Positions 54,701 through 64,000 of a stretch of DNA of 64,000 bases are shown in pieces. The DNA lies in contig NW_026782115.1 of NCBI RefSeq assembly GCF_031769215.1, positions 620,001-684,000 on the forward strand, read 5' to 3'. Within the stretch, counting starts at the first letter, position 1, and each line of letters opens with the position of its first letter. Source of the DNA: Ylistrum balloti (lineage: Eukaryota). A model generated the notes under the pieces. That model was not told the DNA's origin, made no database searches, and was given only the letters and a program-made list of their open reading frames with translations. A program made the translations under genes and the position numbers.

Positions 54701-55199
54701 ACTAATGGCATCCGGAAGTTCATACACTAATCTAGATGTTTACTTATTAGCCATTGAAAACACCAAGGGAAGTCAGTCTCTACTTAATCACAGCTCAATT
54801 TCGTAAATAAATTTAAGTTTCATAAGTTGACCGTAGAAACATTAGAACGTAGAAATTGACACCGTCCTTATATTTGATAATTTAGATTCTAAATGTGTTG
54901 TTTTGAAGACAACTGTCAGATATACGATTTCACATGACATATTATCAATCGTTCCGTTAAGAATTATTAGCCACCAGCCCCAAGCGTTGGGACAAAGAGT
55001 AGCTTTGAAGGAGAATGCGACTTAATTTATATACATGCGAATGTATTTGAGTAGAATTTATAAAAGATACCTTCCTTGAATTCCTCAAACTCTATTTAAC
55101 AGTACGTTTCCCCAAACACACTGCGTACCCGAAGACTAAGTCAATAGATTAACATCTATAATAAATCTTATCTGCAAATATCATATCTTTGTGATATTA

Positions 55200-56720
55200 G
55201 ACAATAAGAGACAACATTGAGACAGAGTGAAGTCGTGTTAGGACTATAAATATTTACCTACTCCACCGACAATGGGTTCGTCCTGCCGGAAAGTCATCCC
55301 AGGAGAACAAAATACATATCCCCTGCATAGTTCAGTTATCGAATAATACACATTAAACCTTATACTGCAACTCAACGACATATTACAGGTACATGGTGAG
55401 TATTTGATTTCTACCAACCCAGGAGATGCAATGGCATCAATTCGGCTTGCTCTATGTATATCAGGTGCCTTGCAGACGTACAAACAGACATATAACATAT
55501 GATTAACATATATAAGAATCGATTTTGCAATGGTATTATATCTGATAATGACTTAAAAGGCATAATGGATGAATCCATGAAACATCGTCAGTTAAAATTG
55601 AATATCATTTGTAACAATGATAAAACCAAAGGAGAGAAATTATAAGTTGATGTGATCCTGATAAATTTGCAATCGTTATATTCATATTTTCTGGTCCAGT
55701 TTGAAATGCAGCATTCTCGGGTCAAAGGAATTTGGTATAACTGAAACACGCAACCCACTCATCGGAACCTAAAGTTAGTGATATTTTGGAAAAGCATTGT
55801 TTGATATTTGAAATACTTCTCGAAAACGCGCCATTTATTGTTGTAAAGTGCAGAAGGCGGAACTCAAAAAAGATTTGCTTGAATGCAAATATGCATCATT
55901 TTCCCTTCGTATTAAAGAATTATGTTTCTGTACTATTGAAAAACTGGTTTACAATTTCGTTTATTTAATTTCATGCAAGAGCATACACTTTTGAAACAAA
56001 TTACTTAATGCACTTCATAGTGTGCTTTTTTTGTTTGTTTTTTAGTAGAAGAAAGGAGAAACATATTGTATTTGCATTTGTGAACTTACTTATTGCAATA
56101 GTCAGTTTCCGGAACTTATGCTAGGTATCTGAAGAACAAATAAAAGCGAAAGCGTGACTTTCAAGTCAAGATGTTTTTTAAAGAAAATTATGTGGAGTTT
56201 ATAAATAGGACCTTCCTTGTGGCAGTGTAAAAGTTGTGCCAAAACTTCTATTTACTTACTCCCCAACAGTGGGTTCGTCCCGCCGGGAAGTCATACCACA
56301 AGAACAAAATACATATCCCCTGCATGGTCCAACAGTAAAATTAATACACATCTGACCTTAAATTGCGACTCAATCACATGTACTATGTTCTTGGTGAGTA
56401 TTAGATTTCTACCTACCCAAACGAAACAATGGTGTCAATGACGTATGTTCTATGTATGTCAAAGACCTTGGAAAGGTCGTATAGAAGACACCCATACCTG
56501 ACTAACACATGTATATATAAATGATATTACAGTATACAACGTATAATGACTAATCACATATATTCTGGATGAAACCTGATTAACTCGTTTTGACTGCCAT
56601 TCGTTACACATCCCTAACATGCAAAGGATTGTGTAAAAGTGAATGAAATCTTTTGAATACAAATTAAGCAACATATTCAGTATATGCAATTTCTGATTTC
56701 AAATGCATCATTAAGATGTT
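55200..56720. repeat. Old tandem duplication, period ~1.0 kb
   Basis: GGGTTCGTCC.GCCGG.AAGTCAT.CCA..AGAACAAAATACATATCCCCTGCAT at ~55274 and ~56271; GGTGAGTATT.GATTTCTACC at ~55395 and ~56393. Confidence 0.8.
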
Positions 56721-56992
56721 TCGTCCTTCTATATGCAGTGCCGCTAGGTGCCTAATTGATGTAAATATGAGGCAAGTAAGTAAAATTAAATTTTGTCAAA
56801 CCAAATCGTCGCTATGCATTATTTATTTTTCCCAAAAATAAATTTCAAACTTATCTCCTTTTGTTTTAAGTAAGGTTCATAACTAAAGCGTGTAGTAATG
56901 TTTTCCTTGTTTCCTTGATTTTATATGCAAAACATTCTTACTTCGTTTTTTTTTTTTTTTTTTTTAACACGAAATATATTTAGGTGTACATA

Positions 56993-57388
56993 TGTAACCC
57001 TGGTAAAATACTAACCGCAATATACCACTCGGCTAGAGAGAACGTCTTTTTAGCTCGATTGGTGAACGTCAGACGTAAGTAAGAAAGGGGTCCCGGGTTC
57101 GATTTCTAGCGGAGGTATTGAAATAAATAATGACCTCTGTTACATTGGCGTCCATGTAGAGACATGGGAATAGTATTTAGCCATGCCCCACCAGCATCTC
57201 TGAAACCCCTGGGAACTTGAGGAAAGTTATTTCCTGGAGAGGAAGTATGTAACCTTGGTAAAATACTAGCTGCAATATACCACTCGGTTAGAGAGAACTC
57301 GATTGGTTCAGCGTCAGACTAGTAAGCCAGGGGCCCCGGGTTCGATTTCTAGAGGAGGCATTGAGATAAAAAAATGACCTCTGTTACA
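56993..57388 (+). mobile_element. Complete TRIM (non-autonomous mini LTR retrotransposon) with tRNA-like LTRs, Helenus-type
   Basis: LTR1 56993-57144 and LTR2 57248-57388, both TGTAAC...GTTACA. PBS-like TGGCGTCC immediately after LTR1; polypurine tract GGAGAGGAAG (57236-57245) before LTR2. 4-bp flanks CATA / CATG. Pol III A box TAGCTCGATTGG (57051-57062) and B box GGTTCGATT (57096-57104, 57339-57347) inside the LTRs. Confidence 0.85.
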
Positions 57389-59763
57389 CATGAACAAAAG
57401 AATGCACATGTTTCATTGTAAAAGAAATGGTCTAACATGAGAAAGGTTTGTGCTGAATTTTCATGTGACTTTTTATATGTGTTACAAAGTTATTGATGAC
57501 AGTTTTTTCTGTAAAAACCAAGCAATATATTCACATTCAAAAACTCGCGCTTGATACGTCACGCAAATATCAATATGTTTGTAGGGGGATTATTGGTTAG
57601 TGAAATAGTATACGACCAGTAGGTCGGCTTGACGCCAATTTCGTAGTTTGATCCCTGTTTAAATAGTAATTATATGACCATATAAGTAGATATTTAAGTT
57701 AATTAATATGTAATTAGGCTTAATTAGTGACACCCGTAACTTAAGTAGGGTCCACAACGTGTTGGTAATAAGCAGGGTCCACGACGTGGTGGTAATGATA
57801 CCCGGACAGAAATATCTTGAAGGAAGGAAAATTGATGCTAATGGAGGCAATAGATAAACAAGAATCAAAACTTAAGATCTCTAACGGGGGAAGGGGGGGA
57901 GGTACTGGTTTATTTGAAATATTAATGCATTATCGAGTATTCTCAACAATCACATCGTGTATGCTGTATCTTTATCTAGTTACAAAATATATCGTTTTAT
58001 TAAATATTACACGTGTCATCCGTAAAATGTTTGTGCCAATTCAAAATATTTTCAACAATCTGCTATTTGGCGATCTATAGTTTTATACTATTCCTAAGTT
58101 CTTTCATTTCTGAAACAGATCAATCGTTTCTATTGGCGCAGTGTTGCAGGAAGATATCCTGAATTGATAAACAGAACAAGACTGTCATTCCTATGAAAAA
58201 CAAAACTGACATGGTGATAGTGAACTTGTTTTGCAAACTGAAAACCGGAATTCCAGCGACGTAGGCTGGCAAAATTCTGTGTTACTTAACAAACTATAAA
58301 TGCATCAACATTGAAAATATACATGCTAGGGTTGTTATCATCTCATTCCTTCACCTATGTTATTTGCGGCATTAGAAGTACAAGTTAGTTAAGGTAGCAG
58401 ATCAACACAACATTGGTCTTCCTGTGTACTAAGACATTCGCTGTAAACATTACGACACCTGATTAGGGTTTCACGGTAAAATCATTACGTGATAACCTTT
58501 AAACAAAACGATCAACTTTTTTTCTGGAAAAATGCTTTCACTAGTCATGAATATTAAATCCCTTATACAAATAACAGTGTGTTTATAAAGGATAGCCACA
58601 AACCATACACGTATTAGGTTCCAAGAAATCCAAGATGAATTCTTATTTTAGATCCAGTACTTGTTTTATATAAATTTTGTGTAACTAATTTCGTCTGTAA
58701 CAATACCATGTACGTGTGAATCATCATGTGTATTTCAGTGACATTTTTAGCGGGTATAGTACAAACAGTGAGTTAATTATCTAATATGACAAAGCATATG
58801 ATTAGAAAGCAACATGAGCATGAGTAATTTTCCTTGTGTTTTTCGAATGCCTTCTTGTTATTTCAAGATATTCCTAATTTCCATACATGGATTGATCAAG
58901 ATACACATTAAGGTATAACACTTTCATCCTACTGGAAGACATGGTCTGATTATCCCCGTACTTTCTACACGAGTTGCTGTGCAAATCTTTTTATTGTATT
59001 CTGTTATATTTTGTCCTAGTTTAATAGCATTTGAGTTTGAATGAAGCTTCTGTTGACATGTTGGTCCAGTATTTTTTGAGGCAATATATTCTAATTTCTG
59101 ATATTTTATTGATATATTTTAACACAACATGTGCATCTACTTCAAAATTCCTTTTTATTTACGTACCAACATATGCGTGGCATGAGATAGCTATGGCCTT
59201 ATCCAGGTCAATAGTCTAAGCGTTAAATTGACATAACCATTTATGAACCTTTAGACCAACATTTTTGTGCCTTGACCTTTTACAATGTATTGAATTCATT
59301 GTGTTAGATACGGTGCTTTCAGTTACAGACCTATAGCATATCAATAGTTCAACCTCGTGTCAAAAATACTTAGATGGCACATTGAGTGACACACAATAGG
59401 ACCCCCTACGAAAAAAATATGAATCAGCTAAAAAATTGAGCATGCAACCACCAGCATAGAGGTTATAAACAATTGGAATCTAATCGATAACTATCACCTG
59501 CTTCGTAGTTGCCGGGGAGGTGTGACTCGTAATTACTACCGTTTAATATCTTTCATTGGGGATTGTTTTAAGTATGTGGGAATTTAGACATAAAAGAGAA
59601 GATATATTTCACCACCACAAAGTACCTTTTGTTTCTTGACTAGGGTAATATTTCTTACACCCATGCGGGATATTGCTATGCAGGAGAGAAGAACTGAAAC
59701 ACAGCTAGATCGGGGGGGACCGTATCACATAATCTTAATGCTAAAACACACCTCCCATACAAT

Positions 59764-59952
59764 CACCTGACACAGACGTCTACCTGTCACATGTGTAACC
59801 GACTCCAATCCGATGGTACGTATTTTCTACACCAGGTGTTTTATAAAGAGGTGTGTACTCGACCGGCAAATTTATACACCTACAATGACGTTAGGAAGCC
59901 ATTCATACGAACAGAGTATAAAACACAGCGAAAACATAAGTTACAGTCATTC
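59764..59952 (+). promoter_or_regulatory. g12 promoter
   Basis: CACCTG 59764, TACCTG 59781, TGTAACCGA 59794-59802, CAGGTG 59833, TATAAAA 59917-59923, TCATTC 59947-59952. Confidence 0.62.
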
Positions 59953-60012
59953 TTATCGAGACAGCGAACTGTAAACTTGGCTATCCGTGATTGTATTCCT
60001 TAACATACTAAC

Positions 60013-60931
60013 ATGACGTCCGTGGTGATATCAGCATCCGTCAGCGACAGAATCAATGAAGCGCTGGCAACGCTAAAAACAGAAATGGTATGTATTAATT
60101 TTTATATATTGTAGAGTTTTTTTGTGAAATCTTTTTAAACATATAGTGTTTACATAAGTTTCCAATTTTTTTTTTTTTTTTTTTTTGTCGTTCGTAAATT
60201 TTGTATTACATCCATATAGAAATATCATTAATCAATGTTTCTCTTTTATAATCAAGGTGAATTTGAGACAACAAGATGTCCACTTGATGAAGCAGTTGAT
60301 TGGTATAAACGATACTATACAGAAACTATCCAAACAGCGACCCGGTTCACATAGTCCACATAAGGAGAAATTCACGATACCAAACGGACGACGAACGTTC
60401 GTAAACAAGACTGAATCCATCCCTGAAGAGACCCCCCTTGTCCGCCAACAAAGTGTTCCTAACTACTGTACAATGAACGGCAGCCTCAACGGATCTCTCT
60501 CCAGCATTGAAGGTAATTCAAATTAATAACTCTAATTGACACGAAGTCATCTTAAATAACTTAAATTTTAATTTTTGATTTTAATTTTAAATTTTTATTT
60601 AGTTTTAATGAAAAGTGAATTTGATCTACTAATTAAGTGTGCAAGAATGATAAAAACAAATGAATTCTAATGAACCTATTTTAACATATATTGTATCTCC
60701 CTTTCAGATGTCTGCAGTTCTCTGGAAGACCTAAGTGCAGCTGAATCAGATAGTGATGACAATTTGTTTGGTTCCGATCAAAACCTTAGCGAGTCTTTCT
60801 CGTCCACCACCTCCAGGTCACGATCAGTAGCGAACACTTCAAAGGAATCTGACCTAGACTATTGTTCTTACGAGCAAATCCTGAGAAGAAACATTAAGTT
60901 GTGGAAATTCTCTCGGACGCAACAACATTGA
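60013..60931 (+). CDS. g12: LURAP-domain protein, long 3-exon form, 184 aa (exons 60013-60087, 60257-60512, 60708-60931)
   Basis: MTSVVISASVSDRINEALATLKTEM|VNLRQQDVHLMKQLIGINDTIQKL...SLNGSLSSIE|DVCSSLEDLSAAESDSDD...YEQILRRNIKLWKFSRTQQH*. GT-AG introns, phases 0 and 1. 555 nt. Confidence 0.88.
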
Positions 60932-61471
60932 TATATATTGTATTCAAAGTTTACAATTATCGGAAAATCATTCCGGGAATATTGTATTTATGAATTGTTA
61001 AATATATGTGTTCATTTGGTAACAAATCTGATCTCAAAGTGCTGACAGAATTGCAAAACGTCACAGACAATTGTACAGTCCTTACACAGTGGGATTTGCT
61101 TTCCCACGGGGCTCTAATCAGTGAACGGAAACGGGAAAAAAACTGTGACGACAAACTTTGCAAATCTTGTTTCCATAAGTGATTATCAACCACGAGAACA
61201 GAAAATAATGACCAAACACATTTGTCTTTAAACCTGTTGAAACTTTGCTCAATCTGCCTAAAATTATGTTGTGTTCTGCTTGTATTCCTTTACAATGTCT
61301 TTCAGAGAGTGTGATTTTTAATCCATTGAATGATGGTGAAATTCAGTGTATGTTTGAATGTTGTGATATTAACGACATTGCTTGGTCATTCTTTGACCGT
61401 GTCATTGAGATATACATGTATTTATACAAATAGCAATAATGTAGACTTTCGACTAATTAGTGGTTGATAAT

Positions 61472-61770
61472 TTAGTGTGAATGTGTACAGCAAATTAGTG
61501 TGAATGTGTACAGAACATTAGTGTGAATGTGTACAGAACATCAGTGCGAATGTGTATAGAACATCAGTGCGAATGTGTACAAAACATCAGTGCGAATATG
61601 TACAGAACATCAGTGCGAATGTGCAGAGAAAATCATTGTGAATACGCACAGAAAATGAGAGTGATGTGTACAGAAAATTAGTGTTAATGTGTTCTGACAA
61701 TTAGTGTGATTGTGTAGAGAAAATTAGGTTGAATATATACGGAAGATTAGTGTGATTGTGTACAGAAAAA
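61472..61770. repeat. 23-bp minisatellite, ~12-13 units degenerating rightwards
   Basis: Unit TTAGTGTGAATGTGTACAGAACA starts at 61472, 61495, 61518 and onward. Confidence 0.92.
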
Positions 61771-63622
61771 ATGTATAAATGTTGAACAATTGACGCACTT
61801 AACCCAAGTGCACTAAAAATAAAAGTGAAAATAAAATTTGAAAGAAAGCAATGTGTTGTATTGTTGCTGTTAATAGATATTATGTCTAAAAACGGTTGTG
61901 AATAAAATTGAAACAAACGGCTGCCTGGTGTTTGAAGAACAATCATTGATCAATTGAACACGCAAGTATCACCAAACTTAATTAGTGTACTTTGTAATGA
62001 GTCACAGAGTCAATATCAGGTTCAATATACAATATAAGTCCAGCATATTGAAGTTAAATACGAACATAAAGACATGAGAAACATCCAATTTTAAAAACTG
62101 TGTGAAATCCTTAAGGACAATAAAATCATTTTTACTCGTAGCCAGCAGCTTGACATTAATGTGTGCTAGCTACTGGTTAGTCCAAGAAAAATGATTTTTT
62201 ACTGATAACGTGTACATCATATGTTAAGTATTTTTAAAACTAAAGTTCGAATTTGTGTCTCATAAGTTTGAATGGTATACAGTGATTAAAACGAAAATTA
62301 CAAGATGATACATCGAGGGACAAAAGAGAAAAAAAAATGATATTCGTTAAGCTGACAAAGCTTGTCATAAAAATATGCACCTTAATCTCTTTACTTCATT
62401 TATAATCTATCATACATACATAGGTTTTGTGGTACTTGTGTAATCACCGATTATACAACTGTAAAACGATGAAAAATTCAAACTGAATTACTCACGTACA
62501 TAGGTCCAGTTTTTGAGACAATGACCAGTCATTTGAAAGCTTAAACATGCCTTGTGATTCAGTAAGAGGGATTTTTTAAATACTGACCAAGCATGAGTCA
62601 ATATTTACATCGTGGGCGTACGTATCTAAACGGCGTTATGTCATCTGATGTGTTACATTGTAAATCTTGGGTGTTTCTTCATATACTTATATAATAATCT
62701 GATTTATGTGGTAAAATGGACATGTTACAAAATGAAAAATTTCTGCTTGAAACAGGATACTTGGTCAGATGTCGACACTGATTAGCCGTGGAAATGACAT
62801 TTCTCGTATTAAATTGAACGGAATTGTTTCATTTCAAAAGGAAAATAAAAGCTTTGTGGGAACTGCGTAGTCTTTGAAAAAGAATGAATATGTGTGAAAA
62901 TACACAGAGCTACAACTGGCTTATTGTACAACTCCGAGTGTGACGTGTTCCATTTTACTTTGTACACCTTTGTAAATCTCCTGACAGGTAATCTATTCAA
63001 TAACTCTTGACACTTTAATAGACTAGTCAAAAGAGTAAGACATTTAAATTTCAAACATCTAATCCGTAGATACAACGTATGACTAATGCACCAGAGCCTT
63101 TACCAACGCTAGTGTTTTAAACAAAGACCGACACATAACCCTACCGAACATTCACCCAACATGCATTTTAATCTGCATTTGGTGATAAGTAATGCGGTTA
63201 AAATATTTTAACACGATCTTAATTATCTATTAAATGAAGAAAGGTTTTAACTATAATTCCATCGATCACATGCTGTGTTCACTTTAATATTTTCTGGAAT
63301 ACATGTAATAATTGTTTTTCTTTTACGTCACGATTGCGTGTTTAACGTCGTGTTTTAGAAATACCACCCGGAGATTGAACATAATTAATCATTCTTTAAA
63401 TGCATGATGTGATCGTTGAACCCACACACCAAGCATGAAACCATTTATGTATGAAAATACGGTTGCAGCTTTCGTGCAATTAGCGAATTACTTATAACAA
63501 ATTATTTCTAATAGGTAACTGCGGACATTAACCCCATAGGTAGATAAAAAAAATATGTTCAAGGGGCTTTGATGAAAAATAACAAACCTGGACATTATAC
63601 TCAACATTTATAATTAGATCGA

Positions 63623-63755
63623 NNNNNNNNNNNNNNNNNNNNNNNNNNNNNNNNNNNNNNNNNNNNNNNNNNNNNNNNNNNNNNNNNNNNNNNNNNNNNN
63701 NNNNNNNNNNNNNNNNNNNNNNNNNNNNNNNNNNNNNNNNNNNNNNNNNNNNNNN
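63623..63755. other. Assembly gap (133 N)
   Basis: Run of N in the sequence. Confidence 0.99.
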
Positions 63756-64000
63756 ATCATTATTATTTTTATTTTACCGAACGTATTATTTTGATACGTA
63801 CGACATTTAACAATTAAACTTTGTTTACATGGTTACTGTAATGAGCGATCATCGATACGACACATAGATCAGTAATATCTATTCCCTTTACAATGTATGT
63901 AAAATACCTATTTTTGAAAATACTTTTCATTTCCATGATGCCTTATCATGCTGTTGCCTTGACAACTTAATATCTCCATGCGTAATGTTCGTGTCCATAT

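Noticed and set aside
54560-54810. Possible 13th paralog (E-box, ATGGCATCC start)
   Set aside because: The translation shows no DRIN/ALATLR motif, no donor at the expected place and no exon 2 downstream.
57044-57360. tRNA genes
   Set aside because: A/B boxes are present but the anticodon and T stems do not pair; they are tRNA-derived parts of the TRIM LTRs.
17215-60420. Track ORFs antisense to the cluster exons (for example 17215-17487+, 20655-20864-, 23943-24221-, 30389-30667-, 39564-39761-, 48175-48450-, 60232-60420-)
   Set aside because: They are shadows of the real exon 2 on the opposite strand; the splice signals, promoters and family conservation are all on the other strand.
61006-61182. 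58-aa ORF in g12's 3' flank with NCDDKL similar to NCNDKL in the type-A flank
   Set aside because: Only a 6-codon resemblance, not in frame with the conserved element in other copies; better explained as shared UTR ancestry or chance.
12480-61770. CRISPR-like arrays (41-bp and 23-bp repeats)
   Set aside because: Head-to-tail units without unique spacers, in a eukaryotic intron-containing context.
2219-62863. Su(H)/RBPJ sites (YGTGRGAA) suggesting a Notch-target cluster
   Set aside because: The handful seen is about what base composition predicts for 64 kb on both strands (rough expectation ~5), and they are not positioned consistently at promoters.

Overview
AT-rich (about one-third GC by eye) eukaryotic genomic DNA with GT-AG introns; an invertebrate, possibly a bivalve mollusc (inference only). 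The dominant content is a cluster of 12 small spliced paralogous genes (g1-g12, 99-184 aa) that the ORF track shows only as fragments. Each has exon 1 ending ..DRINxALATLRx(E/D)M, a phase-0 intron, and exon 2 starting xDLRQQDVxLMxQLxxINxxI, which matches the LURAP/LRAP leucine-rich adaptor domain (LURAP1/LURAP1L/FAM89 family). g1 is +, g2 and g3 are -, g4-g12 are +. There are three architectures: long 3-exon (g1, g12, with a shared RRNIKLWKFS tail), short 3-exon (g2, g10, g11) and 2-exon (g3-g9). g4-g9 form a recently amplified, mosaic ~3 kb tandem array. The paralogs share a TATA+Inr core promoter, an upstream TTATCAAACACCATCTA / TGTAACYGAT module and a positionally conserved 3'-UTR element (TCTGCCA..TGTGTTC). 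Also present: a complete 396-bp TRIM with tRNA-like LTRs (Helenus-type), a TA-flanked MITE, several mini/microsatellites, two old local duplications and an assembly gap. No rRNA, intact tRNA or CRISPR array was found. All calls are by eye, without database searches.
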